Below, in pieces: positions 1 to 15,200 of a stretch of 64,000 nucleotides of DNA. Position numbers and translations under genes: made by a program. Source of the DNA: Squalus acanthias (taxonomy: Eukaryota); assembly GCA_030390025.1 (NCBI GenBank), contig CM059438.1:65784001-65848000 (forward strand), written 5' to 3'. Within the stretch, counting starts at the first letter, position 1. Every line of letters starts with the position of its first letter. The notes below the pieces were generated by a model, which ran no database searches, had not been told where the DNA came from, and saw only the letters and a program-made list of their open reading frames with translations.

Positions 1-997
1 GTTTCATAACGCTTCTGTGAAGCTTTGGACATTTTAGTTGTTGGTAAAACAGCCTGCAGATACTCATTGTCCAAGCAGAAACATTAAAAGCAGCCATTTG
101 AATGAGGTATTAGAGAGCTGCATGGAATCATAGTGGAGCAAGAATTAGTGCCTTCAAGAGAGGAGGTGAGACCAAATTCACAGTTTACAGATGGATCATG
201 TCCATGCATGTGTTATACAAGATTAATTAAAATTACACAGCTTTGCCTGAATCCAATCATGATCTCAAAGGGCCATTACTAGTAATCAGGCAGGTATAAT
301 GTAGATTTTTTTTTAAAAGGTGAACTAGCATCTGTAGGATGCTCTGTGAATTCAAGCAATATTTAAATAATAAAATAACACTTGTATTTATATCGCGTCT
401 TATCACATGAAAAAAAAAATCTCAAGCTGCTTCATAAATTGAGTTAAGTTTGAACTGCAGTGACTGTTATGTCAGCAGCCATTCATTTTCATATGAAGCA
501 GAACATTTATACTTTATACATCAAAGGGGAAATCAGTTTGGCTTTGAAAAGTTCCATATTGAATAAAATGATTTGTCTGAACAGGTATCATGAGCTACTT
601 ACATAGACAACAGTTTAATGCTGCATGGCCATCTTGAGCTTGTAACCAGAGTTTAATCATGCATTCAGATGGGATGCTACATTGCCATGCAGTTCAGAAG
701 GGCCCAGAGAAAGTGGTGCTTTGTAAATCCTTAATACTATTGACATTGCACATTGATTTCTTTTACAAATATAAATTTCTGAAGCAGCACAATGATGGAT
801 GATAGCTAATTGAGAGCAATTGGTATGAAATGTATGTATGCTGAAGCACTTCGCAACAATGTTTTTTTTTTAAGTGGCTGTTGAAGCGGCCATTTCATTT
901 AGACATGGGTATACAGGGCCTGTTCCAGGTAAAACCACTGTATTGGTGGCACTCACATGGGCAGACATTGTTAATCAGGAATGGCTCAGTGGATATA

Positions 998-1353
998 CAG
1001 GAAACTCTTTCGTATCCGGCACTGACGGGACCGGGATGGTGCCGGTTGATTAAAAATTCCGGATAACGGAGAGGTATATCTACCGAGGCTATTTTTAACA
1101 AACAAAAATTAAAAAAATCAAGAAATGTGCAGTATAATAAGGTACTCCCCTACAGAATGTTGTGTTAAATGGATGGTGGAAGATGCTTGATTAAGTACAG
1201 TACTGTCAGTTGAGGGTAATCCATAACTCTTTAATTACTTAACAGTAAAACAAAACTTATAAACGACTGTATACTGTAGTTTTCGGAGTATGAATTCTGC
1301 CGGTTATTAGAGAATTCTGGATATTTAGGTGCCGTTTAAACAAAAATTTCCTG
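998..1353. mobile_element. Decayed Tc1/mariner-pogo (Tigger-like) MITE
   Basis: TA|CAGGAAA...TTTCCTG|TA: short terminal inverted repeats flanked by TA, with an AT-rich interior. Confidence 0.45.
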
Positions 1354-2657
1354 TAATTGGTTGAACTCTTTGTTTTAATGTGTACTTACCATTAGAATCT
1401 CTCAGCTGGGGAATGCTCATTTTATGTGTTGTTACAGCAATTGGGGCAGCAAGGGATTAAATTACCCTTTTTCAACGTCCTTTGGTATCGGATAAATATT
1501 TTTTTTTCTTATTTGCTTGTCTGTGATCTTTTTTGTCCTAGATGTTGGGGTAATGGCGCATTTTCCATTTCGGGCATCCATTGTCCAAATCAAGCAGTCC
1601 CAGCTCTGATAAAGCACAAACAGATACAGAGTAAAGCTTCTCTACTCTTTCCCAACAATGAGAGTCAAACCCAACCTCAGAAGTACATCTGCTGCTGCAT
1701 CACTGTGATATTTTTCCATTTCCCACACCAGTCATCCTGCGGCCTCTCTAAGTGAGATGGGTTCTTTATGCTAACACCTTCAAGGGACTGGACTGAGCCA
1801 ATACAAACAAATTTACTTCAGGATCCTGACAGCCAACAGACTGAGCAGATGTTCATCCCATTAGTCTGGGCTGGATTTGAAACAAGGTCCCGGTGGTGAA
1901 AGGCTAATGAAACCAGATATGTCAAAACGTCTTGTCCAGGTTCAATCTGGCTCCTTGGGCATTCTTTCCGAATTGGATGGGTATAAGCAAATCAAAGATT
2001 AGTTTGGTTATGCCTGCGATATAGATTGAATAGTAACTTTCAAAAGGGAATTGTATATATACTTGAAAAAGAAAAACGTGCAGGGCTATGGGGAAAGAAC
2101 AGGGGAGTGGGACTTATTGGATAGCTCTTTCAAAGAGCAAGCACAGGCACGATGGGCTAAATGGCCTCCTTCTGTGCTGTATGATTCTACATGACTTTGT
2201 CAGTCTTCAGATGTGATTAGCTCAAAACAGCCTTCAGAGCTAGTTGTTCGACAATCTGAGTAATTTTTTTTTTTAACCATGGAAACACAGTAAGGAAGTT
2301 ACTGTGGAATCCTGGAACTTGTTTGATCGCCTCGGGAGTCAGAGAGGAATTTCCCAGAGTTTTGGTTTTCCTAAATTGGCCTAATAGTTTTTTTTTCCCT
2401 GTGTTCTTTGCCTTTCCCAGGAGTGATTGGATGACAGTATGGGTCAGGTTCAATAGTCAAGCTGGTCTTCGCCTGTGCTTTGTTTTATATGTTTCATATA
2501 TATGTTTTTAAATTACCTTCACAAAAAAGTGTTAAAACAGACAAGGGTATATTAGACTGAAATAAAGTTGAGTTAACATAATTAAATAGAAAAAAGAATT
2601 AATGGGGAAACCGAGACAATTTGGAGAGGTGGAATAGAAGGACAGCAGAAGATAATG

Positions 2658-3063
2658 ATAGAGTCATAGAGTTATACAGCACAGAAAGAGGCCCTTCGGC
2701 CCATTGTGTCAGCTCCGGCCATCAAGCCCTGTCTATTCTAATCCCATTTTCCAGCACTTGGTCCATAGCCTTGTATGCTATGGCGTTTCAAGTGCTCATC
2801 TAAATGCTTCTTGAATGTTGTGAGGGTTCCTGCCTCTACCACCCTTTCAGGCAGTGAGTTCCAGATTCCAACCACCCTCTGGGTGAAAAAGTTTTTCCTC
2901 AAATCCCCTCTAAACCTCCTGCCTCTTACCTTGAAACTATGCCCCCTGGTTATTGACCCCTCTACTAAGGGGAAAAGTTCCTTTCTATCTACCCTATCTA
3001 TGCCCCTCATAATTTTGTACACCTCAATCAGGTCCCCCCTCAGCCTTCTCTGCTCCAAGGAAA
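2658..3063 (-). mobile_element. CR1 LINE 3' fragment (ORF2 C-terminus and tail)
   Basis: ORF 2738-3091: LEQRRLRGDLIEVYKI...TRGH...FFTQRVV..WNSLP; ACTCTATG-type tail; nearly identical to 18762-19170. Confidence 0.9.
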
Positions 3064-3619
3064 AAAGTATTATTGATTCTTTTGAAAACAATAAACCTGC
3101 TCTTGACTCTATTTTATTTGCACCATTGTTAATATTAGGATGTTAAAGCTGTTCCATTATACTTGAGTAGTTTTACTACTGTTAATTTAAAGTTTTGTGT
3201 CACTGTGTGAGATGAAAACCAAAAACATCAACACAGGAAACCTGGAATTTCGTAAGATAAGTTAGAAGTCTAAGGATTCAATAATATGCAATCATTGGAA
3301 TTTGTGATGCAAGATTTTTAACCACCTCAAATTCTGTGTAACTTACTCCTAGACTCCTGGCTGCCCTCTTGCAAGCAACAATGGCCCAGATTTTGCTGAA
3401 GCATGGCATTCCACGATGTGTTCTGTTAATTAAACTTTTTCTCTCACTCTTCAGCTCAAAATTATTTTGTGCTGCATGTTGCTGGAAGTGCAAGCTGATA
3501 ATGGCGTGGTGAGGGCAACAGGGCATCTTGGACCTTGGAGAATGACGGGACCAACAGTGAGATCCTTAACCAATGAGATTTAAGGATTGAGAAAGAAACA
3601 GAGCAACGATAGAGAAGGA

Positions 3620-4390
3620 AATAGCCTTAAGAAATATATCTAACTCCTTCTTGAATATATTTAATGAATTGGCCTCAACTGCCTTCTGTGGTAGAGAATT
3701 CCACAGGTTCACCACTCTCTGGGTGAAGAAATTCCTCCTCATCTCAGTCCTAAATGGCATACCCCTTATCCTTAGACTGTGACCCCTGGTTCTGGACTCC
3801 CCCACCATCGGGAACATCCTTCCTGCATCTAGTCTGTCTAGTCCTGTTAGAATTTTATAAGTTTCAATGAGATCCCCTCTCATTCTTCTAAACTCTAGCG
3901 AATATAAGCTTAATCGACCCAATCTCTCCTCATACTTCATTCCTGCCATCCCAGGTATCAGTCTGGTGAATCTTCGCTGCACTCTCTCCATGGCAAGAAC
4001 ATCCTTCCTCAGATAAGGTGACCAAAACTGCACACAATACTCAAGGTGTGGTCTCACCAAGGCCCTGTACAACTGCAGCAAGACATCCTTGCTCCTGTAC
4101 TCGAATCCTCTCGCTATGAAGGCCAACATACCATTTGCCTTCTTAACCGCCTGCTGCACTTGCATGCTTACCTTCAGCGACTGGTGCACAAGGACATCCA
4201 GGTCTCGTTGCACTTCCCCCTTTTCCCAATCTATTGCCGTTCAGATAATAATCTGTCTTCCTGTTTTTGCCACCGAAGTGGATAACCTCGCATTTATCCA
4301 CATTATACTGCATTTGCCATGCATCTGCCCAATCACCCAACCTGTCCAAATCATACTGAAGTTTCTCTGCAGCCTCCTCACAGCACACAC
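3620..4390 (-). mobile_element. CR1 LINE ORF2 3' fragment
   Basis: ORFs 3566-4213 and 4143-4439: LQxDLDRL, KCEVIHFG, RDLxV, LYRALVRPHLEYCVQFWSP, WNSLP. Confidence 0.9.
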
Positions 4391-6317
4391 GCCCACCCAG
4401 AATGGGGGCATAAGTAAATTTTGGCCTACCTGACCACAACTGCCTTTAATTAGCGCTGCCCAAGTGGCCAGCCGAGGTGACAATGCCTCCTGCAGCTGCC
4501 GTTGTTGACTCCCAGCAATGCTGCAGGGGGTGGAAGTGAATATTGCATCTGGGGCAGTAACGGGGCGCTGCGCACCGAATGACGTCACGATCTCCGGGGC
4601 GCAAGAGATTGAGGCGGTAAGTTTTAGTGCCAGCACAAACCCGCCAGGGAAGTTCGCGGGCGTCGGTGATTTCATCGTGCCTGGTCAGTAAGCCCTTAGC
4701 ACCCCGTTACCGCCCCCCAGAGACGCTAACGGGAGGCGCAAACCAGGTCAATTTCTCCCCCATTACCTGGGATTACAGTAGATACACTAAGCACAGGTTA
4801 TTTTGGCATTTTAGTTGAATTGTTTCATTGCCAGGCAGCGTAATTAAAATTATATGTACATCATTAAATAAAGCTACATCATTAAATAAATTTAAAACAG
4901 AAATAGACAGTTTCCTAGAAGTAAAGGGCATTAAGGGTTACGGGGAGCGGGCAGGAATTTGGACATGAGTCTAGGTTCGGATCGGTCATGGCCCTGTGGG
5001 TAGTGGAGCGGGCCCAGGGACCGTGTAGCCTGATTCTGCTCCTATTTCGTGTGTGCAGTTCTGTTAGATGCAGGAGATGGTTCTGTGATAGATAGTAGAT
5101 TGGCGGTTAGGATCAGATCAGCCATGATCTTATTGAATGGCGGAGCAGGCTCGAGGGGCCGATTGGCCTACTCCTGCTCCTATTTCTTATGTTCTTATGT
5201 TCTTACCATATCTTCATGGGTTCTTGCTTGAATCTCTCCTGAACTGTCCATTATTACGACGTGTAGTCATTTACATGCCTGGAGGAACTCACTCCTGTCG
5301 ATTGTCAGTACACCCTGGCTAGCCAAAAGTGGCAGTGCTGTTTTATGATCCTCATGAATCAAGGGCATAAGTAAAGTGAGCCATGAAAATTTGCGCCTGG
5401 TTTCTAGTGGGTCAGGATTCACAGCATAAAACCACCCATAACAATTGCATTAAATTGGAAGTTATCTTGTAAAGTTTGCGATATGTATTGGGGATGCATA
5501 AAGGGAGATTTGTATAGATTCTAACCCTTAGCAACTTTCTGGGCCTACAGTACATATGAATGCCCCGAGCCACACACTTGCCCACTGAACCTTCAAGGTC
5601 AAGCTCGCTACACCTGGTGTGAGCGTTCTTGATCCTGATTCCAAGAGCAAAAAGAGAAACATGTTACAGTCTGTAGCAGTAGAATCTATCAAAAGAATGA
5701 GCACAAATATTCACCAAAACAAAATCAATCAACAAAAGCTTTGTGCATGACCTTGCCATTCTGCCAAATGAAAGTTTTTAATGATCCTTGTATTTGCATT
5801 GGAAGAAATGGATTTTCCAACTGGAACAATTTTGAAAAATGTAAAAATGTCTTGTCTACAATATATAGGCCTTTCAATTTTTTAATAACCTCATTTGTAT
5901 TGTTGTGGTGTTGCAGTCCCTCTGCTACTAATACACACACACATCTCAATATGACCCTTGAGGTATTCCTATAATTTGGCTGAAAAAATATTAGTACATC
6001 AAGTGGTGTGGGGCGGGGGGAATTCTGAAGATACATAAAGGCAGATCATTCAAAGTACAAACTTCAGATGGCAGAAGTCCACAGATACTTTATTTTCATA
6101 GGCTTACTCGATCGTCAGTAGTTTAGGCAAACTGCTTGGTTGAAACACTGCATTAAAAACTGGCACATATCAAAGAAATCAATTTCCATTACAAGGAATG
6201 AAATGATTGGTGCCTGGCCATAAACTGCTCTTAAGGGAAACTGTTTTTTAATGAAGCTGCCTGCATTATAACCCAGAGTGATCTGACTGTACTATTAACC
6301 CGTTTTAAAAATTAATT

Positions 6318-7005
6318 GTTGGGCTATGGGCGTTGCTGGCAAGGCCAGCATTTATTGCCTATCCCTAGTTGCCCTTGAGAAGGTGCTGGTAGGTTTTCTT
6401 CTTGAACCACAGCAGTCCATGTGATGAAGGTACTCCCACAATGCTTAGGTAAGGGAGTTTCAGGATTTTGACCCAGCGATGATGAAGGAACGGCGATATA
6501 TGTCCATGTCAGGCTGGCGTGTGACTTGGAGGGGAACTTGGAGGTGGTGGTGTTCCCATGCGCTTGCTGCCCTTGTCCTTCTAGGTGGAAGAGGTCACGG
6601 GTTTGGGAGGTGCTGCCAAAGAAGCCTTGGCGAGTTGCTGCAGTGCATCTTGTAGATGGTACACACTGCAGCCACGGTACGCCAGTGGTGGAGGGAGTGA
6701 ATGTTCAAGGTGGTGGATGGGGTGCCAATCAAGCGGGCTGCTTTGTCCTGGATGGTGTCGAGCTTCTTGAGTGTTGTTGGAGCTGCACTCATCCAGGCAA
6801 GTGGAGAGTATTCCATTACACTCCTTACTTGTGCCTTATAGATGGTGGAAAGGCTTTGGGGAGTCAGGAGGTGAGACACTCGCTGCAGAATACCCAGCCT
6901 CTGACCTGCTCTTGTGGCCACAGTATTTATGTGGCTGGTGCAGTTACATTTCTGGTGCCCTTGTCCTCCTAGGTGGTGGAGGTTGTAGGTTTGGGAGGTG
7001 CTGTC
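6318..7005 (-). mobile_element. CR1/L2-group LINE 3' fragment
   Basis: ORF 6595-6921 IYKAQVRSVMEYSPLAW...LDTIQDKAARLI, a non-LTR ORF2 C-terminal region. Confidence 0.75.
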
Positions 7006-7269
7006 GCAGAAAATAATATCAAAATTGCATTAATAAAAATGAATGCAGTTTCAGCACCTTTTTTGTTGTTACTAATTTTGTCCTTTGTAATACTGAGCAT
7101 AAAACTTTTATATAATTCTAGTAATGGGATGTCCCAGCCCCTGCCTCGAAATGTATGATGGGACATAGAGATATTGTGACTTCCTTAAGTGTAATTTATC
7201 GACAGTAACTCAGCATAGGAAGCTTTCTATTGCAAAATTCACAACACATGTCTCACTAAATCACTCAAG

Positions 7270-7680
7270 TGTCAGCTTGGCTCAGTTGATTGCATTCTTG
7301 CCTCTGAGTCAGCAGGTTGTGGGTTTAAGCCCCACTGCAGATTTGAGCACATCATCTAAACCAACACTTCAGTGCAATCTAAAGAGAGTGCTGCATTGTC
7401 AGAGGCACTGCCTTTCAAATAAGATATTAAACCAAGGCCTTGAACTGATTGTTCCGATGGAAGCACAAGCTCTCCTGGCACTTTTCGAAGAAGATCAGGA
7501 AGTTATCCCGGCCAACATTCCTCCCTCAATCAACAAAACCAAACACAGATTGACTGCTGATTGACTACTGCATTTGCCAACAGAAAGAACTTCAAAAATT
7601 GTAATTCATTGGTTATGGAGTGCTTGGTGATAACCTGAGGACATGAGAGGAGCTATAGACGTGCAAGTTCTTTCTTTAAG
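7270..7680 (+). mobile_element. Diverged tRNA-head DeuSINE-like SINE
   Basis: A/B-box-like head (TGGCTCAGTTG...GGTTTAAGCCC); body collinear with the SINE at 43810-44985. Confidence 0.65.
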
Positions 7681-9494
7681 TTACTTGTTTTAAACATGGT
7701 TTCGGAGTTGGATATAATGGATCCACTTTTTAAATGGGGAAATGTAGTTGGACTAATGTACAGGATACTCCACAAAGTTTAGGAGAGCAGCTGAGGTATT
7801 TGAAGATGTAGTGGTTGGGTGGGATTTAATACAGAATTAAATATATGATATAGATTTGGAATGTTGCATCTATGAGCATGCATTATATATATATATACAC
7901 GTGGGTGTATATAGTAGTTAGTGGCTAATTATTTCTTAGTCTTTCTGCATAAAGGAATAAATAGTTACAGCTACCGTGTTAACCCCCTGTCTTGTCACAT
8001 GCCTTTCCAACTCTCCTCATCCTTAGAAGACCATTCTGTCTGATATAAGGTCAACAGTAGACACCACACTCCTACATTACAACAGTGACTACACTTCAAA
8101 AGTACTTCATTGGCTTTAAAGCACTTTGGGACGTCCTGAGATCGTAAAAAGCGCCGTATAAATGCAAGTCTTTTTTTTCTTTTTCACAGTGATGGCAGAA
8201 TTGACATAGAGCATTCACAATAGAATTCATCTGCATACTTTGTACCTTTTCTGGATGGATGAGCGAGGGTGAGAAAATCGCTATCTGTGTCTACATTGTG
8301 ACCTTATCAACGAGCTAGTTTTAATTAAAAAATTCTCTGAGGCAGGTTTATTAACACATCGGCTTATTTTTTTTCAGCCACTGAGTCTCCTTGTGAGTCT
8401 TGTTTATCCCACATGTTGACTGATTTTACGAGTTTATTTTAAGCACTTAAAGACATCATAATGGCTTTATTCTGCGGGGACTTGCCAGCAGAAGGCTGCT
8501 GCATGCTCCGCGTTGTGTGGGCGCTGCGCTGTGATGGTCACACAGTAGGGGTTGGTGAGTTCGGTGCGGAGACAAGCTGGCTCCTGGAAACCTTGTGAAG
8601 TTCTGGGAAATAGCAGTTAAATTGTGTGTGTACTGTAATTAAGATTAAATACTGTTGAAGTGTTTAAATTGGGGAGCGGGCATGGTGTGTGCATATGTTC
8701 AACAACAACTTGCATTTATATAACGCCTTTGATGTAGTGAAACATCCCAAGGCACTTCGTGGGAGCATGATCAGAGAAAAATCTTGGTTTTTAAGGAGTG
8801 TTTTAAAGGAAGAGAGAGAGGTGGAGAGACGCAGAGGTTTAGGGTGGGAATTCCAGAGCTTAGGGCCTCGACGGCAGAAGGACATCCAGTCACGTGTACC
8901 ATCTTGCTGTTTAGGTCTGTACTATTCACAATAAGAATACTTTAATGGGTAGGATCCTACCACGAAGAGTCTGAAAATATTCTTCCAGTCAATATCGGCA
9001 TTTCTAAAGTAAATGGAAAAAGGTACAAAACATTAGAACAGGAGAGGACAGTTTAATGAGGGCACTTATACTGAAACAGGTGTGAAACAGGTTCGGCTTT
9101 GCATCAAAGCTGAACGTGCAGCGTAAGTCAGGTGTGAAGACCCCATTTAACTTTGAAGCAAAGTGTATTGGAGTGAGACTGCCTCTTTTCGGTATCAGGT
9201 TAGTTCCTGACTTGGGATTCAGATATCAGTGGGAACGGTAGCATACTGGTTATGATACTGGACTAGTAATCCAGAGGCCTGGACGAATGATCCGGAGATA
9301 TGAGTTTAAATCCCACCATGGCAGCTGGGGAATTCAGTTAATTAAATAAATCCGGAATAAATAGCTAGTATCAGTAATGGTGACCATGAAACTACTAGAA
9401 CTCCTATTGTAATTGTCATAAAAACCCATCTGGTTCACTAATGTCCTTTAGGTGAAGGAAATCTGCCATCCTTACCTGGTCTGGCCTATATGCA

Positions 9495-10910
9495 AGGGGA
9501 CTTCAATCTCCATCAGCAAGAGTGGCTCAGTAGCACCACTACTGACCGAGCTGGCCGAGTCCTGAAGGACATAGCTGCCAGTCTGGGCCTGCGACAGGTG
9601 GTGAGAGAACCAACACGAGGGAAAAACCTACCTTGACCTCGTCCTCACCAATCTACCTGTCGCAGATGCATCTGTCCATGACAGCATTGGTAGCAGTGAC
9701 CACCGCACAGTCATTGTGGAGACAAAGTCCCGTCTTCACACTGAGGACACGCTCCATTGTGTTGTGTGGCGCTAACACCGTGCTAAATGGAATAGATTCA
9801 GAACAGATCTAGCAGCTCAAAACTGGGCATCCATGAGGCGCTGTGGGCCATCAGCAGCAGCAGAATTGTATTCCACCACAATCTGTAACCTCATGGGTCG
9901 GCATATCCCTCACTCTACCATTACCATCAAGCCAGGGGACCAACACTGGTTCAATAAGGAGTGCAGAAGAGCATGCCAGGAGCAGCACCAGGCGTACCTA
10001 AAAATGTGGTGCCTACCTGGGGAAGCTGCAACGCAGGACTATATGCATGCTATAGACAGAGCTTAGCGATCCCACAATCAACGGATCAGATCAAAGCTCT
10101 GCAGTCCTGTCACATCCAGTCGTGAATGGTGGTGGATCATTAAATAACTAACGGGAGGAGGAGGCTCCATGAATATCCCCATCCTCAATGATGGTGGAGT
10201 CCAACATGTGAGTGCAAAAGACAAGGCTGAAGCGTTTGCAACCATCTTCAGCCAGAAATGCCGAGTGGATAATCCATATCGGCCTCCTCCTGAGGTCCCC
10301 ACCACCACAGAAGCCAGTCTTCAGCCAATTCGATTCACTCCACGTGATATGAAGAAACGGCTGAGCGCACCTGATACAGCAAAGACTGTGGGCCCTGACA
10401 ACACCCCGGCTGTTGTGCTGAAGACTTGTGCTCTAGAACTAGCCGCACCTCTAGCCAAGCTGTTGCAGTACAGCTACAACACTGGCATCTATCCGACAGT
10501 GTGGAAAACTGCCCAGGTATGTCCTGTCCACAAAAAACAGGACAAATCCAATCTGGCCAATTACCGCCCCATCAGTCTACTCTCAATCATCAGCAAAGTG
10601 ATGGAAGGTGTCATCGATAGTGCTATCAAGCAGCACTTACTCACCAATAACCTGCTCACTGACGCCCAGTTTGGGTTCCGCCAGGACCACTCGGCTCCAG
10701 ACCTCATTACAGCCTTGGTCCAAACGTTGACAAAAGAGCTGAATTCCAGAGGTGAGGTGAAGTGACTCCCTTGACATCAAGGCAGCATTTGACCGAGTGT
10801 GGCATTAAGGAGCCCCAGTGAAACTGAAGTCAATGGGATTCGGGGGGAAACCTGTCCACTGGCTGGAGTCATACCTAGCACAAAGGAAGATGGTTGTGGT
10901 GGTTGGAGGC
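9495..10910 (+). mobile_element. Non-LTR (CR1/L2-group) ORF2 fragment, endonuclease end to RT start
   Basis: GDFN and LDL..TN/SDH remnants; ORF 10169-10765 GPD..P..VLK, NYRPISLLSIISKVME, QFGFR. Confidence 0.85.
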
Positions 10911-12224
10911 TAGAGGGCGTTATCTTATTTTAAATATTGTAATGAGGCTGGAAGCCTCTTTTTCCACCTCCATTTTGAATTTTGCTGCCTGTGGACACGT
11001 TTCACACAATTCGTGAAAAGTGGCAGTTAAACCAAGGCGTGGACTGCTGCATCCAGGAGGTAAGTGGCTTTATACCTACCTCCTGGATCCAGGGTCCCTG
11101 CCTAACCCACCCCCCGCGATCGGAGACCCCCGTACAAGGCCCCCGATCACCACCCCCAGCCTCTGATCCCCACCATGAGGCCTTCGCCCCACCCCACCGA
11201 TGATGCTGAGGCCGGCCACAATCCTCCAGTGGCTGGCCTCGATCCTCACACCCCCCCTGCTGATGCTCCGGCCAGCCCAACCCTACCGATCCTCCATCCC
11301 CCCTGTCCCCGACCGGTCCCTGATCCCCGGCCGACCACCCACCCTCTGTCGACCCCCACCCACAATCCCCGATGCCGACCCCTTGATCCCTGATGTCAAC
11401 TCCCCGACCCCACCCCGATCACCGATACCGACCTCCCGACCTCCCCCGACCCCCCCGACATCCCCCAACCCCCCCAACCTCCCCCAACCCCCCGACCTCC
11501 CCCGACCCCCTTCCCGCGATCTCCAGTGCCAAATGCCGACCCCCCTCCTGCAATCACCGATGCCCCAGGCCGACCCACCCCAGACCGACCCCTCGCATTT
11601 GCAGGCCTGCCTGCCCGCAGCCAACCAGCCTCTCCATGTGGCTGGCTGTGGGCGGGAATCCGAGGCCTCACATGCAAATCAGGTCCTGCCGTTAAATTTG
11701 GCAGGGCCTGCGGGAAACCCAGCCTCCCAGATTACCCGCCTGCCTCGAAGGCCCCCCTGCCCCCAACCCGCCTCCCTGGAGAAAATTCTGGCCTATGAGT
11801 CTCTTTAGGGAGAAGATAAGGGTCACAAAAGGAAAAGGTCTATGAAATGCAGAATCAACACTATGATCATGTGGAAAGTTTATTTGGCCACCATTGGCAA
11901 ATTATCACACCTTCAATTAATGACTCCCTACGTTGAAAGCATATCCTGAAGGGACATGGCTATAAACTGGTAAAAAGGAAGTTCAGGAGTGATATCAAGG
12001 AGCACTTCTTCAGACAAAAAGTAATCAATATTCAAAGAGCTTTCTTTGAGATAGGGCAGTGGAGGAAAATCTTCGGAATTATTCAGTAAATAGTTAGGTG
12101 CTGTGTTAGGTGGACCATAGGTTTCTGTAGAAGGATGAGCTAAAGGAGCTGAATGGTCTCTCTTATGTTTGTGACACAGCAACAATGTGATTTGTTTTGC
12201 TACATGTAGTATTCCACACAAATT

Positions 12225-15200
12225 GGTAGCAGACTCGCCTCTGAGTCAGAAGCTTGTGGGTTCAAGTCCCACTCCGAGGCTGACACTCCAGTGCAGTACT
12301 GAGGGTGTGCTGCACTGTCAGAGGTGCCGTCTGTAATATATGTGGGTAGAACAAATGAAAGACAGAGACAGGATGCGTTGCTAGTCCAACAGCTTGCTTT
12401 ATTAGGCCAGAGCGAACTGAGCGTGTAACAAACCACGTGACAAACCATGTGATAATACATTACACTGCTTTCCCCTTAAAACAAATGTCTGTATTCCCCT
12501 CTCAAATACAAAAAAACTATGGTCCCACCTTTCCCAGTGTTACATGTGCCACATAACAAAAACTCCTGGCTTTTTTTCTTTTAAGTGGACTACAAATCCA
12601 GTTTAATAACAGGTTTGTGAGCCTTCCTGATCTCCTTACAAAAGGTTTTGGTGTCGAGCCAGTTTTCGGTCTGTTTTGTTTTGGTTCCGAACTCAAAAAC
12701 GCATCTGTGATTGCGTTTTGCTTTATAGAATCATAGAATCATAGAAAGTTATAGCACGGAAGGAGGCCATTTCAGCACATCGTGTCTGCGATGGCCAACA
12801 AAGAGCTATCCAGCCTAATCCCACTTCCCAGCTCTGCCCAACGTTGCATTCTTGATGCGGCCATTGCAGGGATGTCAGATTTGGGCCCCAATATTGCTAA
12901 GAGCAGTTTGTGATTGGTTATCAGGTTAAACTTTCTGCCGATCAGGAACTGTTGGAATTTCTTTATTCCAAACACTATGGCGACTGCTTCCATTTCAATT
13001 TGCATGTAGTTTCTTTCGCTCTTTGTGAGGGTTCGCGATGTGAACGCGATTGGTTTCTCTTGGCCGTCATCCATTACGTGGCTTATGACAGCTCCCACGA
13101 CATAGCTAGAAGCATCACACGCTAAGTTAAGCTCATGCTTTGTGTCGTAGTGCACAAGTAGAGCATCGCTAGAGAGACTTCTCTTATAAGCGTCGTAAGC
13201 TTCCTGTTGCGCATCCTTCTTGAGGAGCTTGTGCAATGGAGTTAACATGATCACTAACTCAGGTAAGAAACATGCGTAGTACTGGACCATTCCAAGGAAA
13301 GATCTTAACTCAGACACGTTCTGTGGCTTTGGAGTATTGATGACAGCATCAACCTTTTCCTTCACTGGTTGCAAACCATTTGCATCAACTTTCAGACCAA
13401 GGTACACAACCTCGGGCTGCACAAAAGCACATTTGCTCCTTTTCAATTTGACATTGTGGGAATTCAACTTTTGAAGCACTAAATCTAACACTTCTAGATT
13501 TTCTTCCTCGCTGCTTGTTGTGATCAGCATATCGTCTTGATTGCATAAGCAATTTGGAACTCCTCGCAAAATCTTATCCATCATAGCCTGGAAGATTTTG
13601 GGGAGGACTTTACACCATATGGCAGCTTGGTGTATGAGTACAGTCCCTTGTGTGTACTGATAGTGAGATACTGGTGACTGTCTTTGTCAACATTCAACTG
13701 AGCGTAAGCATGTGACAGGTCAAGTTTGGAGAAAACCGTTGACCCAAAGAGTGCTGCATACAAATCTTGCAATGTAGGTAACGGGTAATGCTCAGCGTCA
13801 ACTGCTTGGTTGATAGTAATTTTGTAGTCGTCGCACAAGCGTACAGTTTTGTCTGCTTTGGGCACTACCACAATCGGGGTAGCCCATTCACTTTTGTCAG
13901 TTTTTACTAGCACTCCATTCTCTCTCAGTTTCGCTAGCTCTTCCTCCACCTGGCTTTTCAACGCATAGGGGACTGGCCTTGCCTTACAATAGACAGGCTT
14001 CATGTTGGACTTGATGCGAAAATGCACGTCATACCCAGTGATGCCCTCATAACTGTCTGAGAACATGCTTTTGTACATGTTCAGCATTGTGTCGAGTCGC
14101 TTCTTTGAAGCATCTACACTGAAGATGTTTTTCCAGCCTAGTTTTCACTTTCTCAACCCATAAGGGTTGGCCTGTTGTTGTAGCGCGCTGCAAAAATAGG
14201 CAGCTTTACTCTTTAGGATTTCTCCAGAGTAGGTTTTTAACTCTTTGTAAGTGGTATTTGATTAAACTTACTCTCATATGTGTCTTACTCATGATAGAGC
14301 AGTCTGCCGCCATGTTGATACACATATCAATATATTGCTCGTCAATCAAAAGTTTTGTACAGAAGTCTTTCTCTCGACTGCTAGCATTGCCGCTAGTGGC
14401 ATAGATTCTGTAGATGCCTAGTTCTTCAATATCAGGTGTATTCACTTTAATATTGTGAACTCCTCCCTTTTGTTTTCGCTACTTTGCATTGACAGTAGAA
14501 AAGACCTTCCTGCTTTCGATCTAACTCTGCAAGCTGTTGAAATATGGCTTTGCTTCTGGCAGTGAAAACACTTCACATTTCTGTATTGGCAGGACTGTGG
14601 TGAATGATTTCCATTGCAGCAATAACAATTCACTGAACTGCTCTCACTGACTTTTACTCGGTCTCACAGCTTTAGGTTTGGCGGTGGCTTTCTGACTGTA
14701 GACCTCAGCTGCACTCGTCACTTGAGTTGGACAGAGCTCCCTAGCATTCTTAGATGCCATCTCCATAGGGCAATTTTGCATGCTATGTCAAACGTTAGGT
14801 TCGGAGTGTTCAGTAACTTGGACTGTGTGCGCTCATCCACCAGTCCACACACAAACTTATCTCACAACGCACAATCCAAAAATGTGGCGAAGTTACAATG
14901 CAAAGACAGGTTCTTAAGAGCTATAATGTACTCACTGATGGTTTCACTTTGTTTTTGGTTTCTGGTACCAAACTTATAGCTCTCTGCTATTTCTAGAGGC
15001 TTTGGGTCGAAATGGTCCTCGACAATGTCTTCAAACAACACATCCTTTGCTTTCCCTGGCGCGAGTAGGTTTTTCAACGTTCCGTAGACATCTGGCCCGA
15101 TCTCGTTAGAAAAAATGCTTTCTTACATTCACAAATTACTTTAGTTTGAGCTTGAACATTCTCATCTGCGTCTTCGGTCTCAATAATGTTATTGGCTTTA

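Noticed and set aside
11002..11808. Overlapping Pro-rich and Gly-rich ORFs
   Set aside because: C-rich low-complexity CCCCGA(T/C)C repeats are open in most frames; probably the interior of a non-autonomous repeat, with no domain signal.
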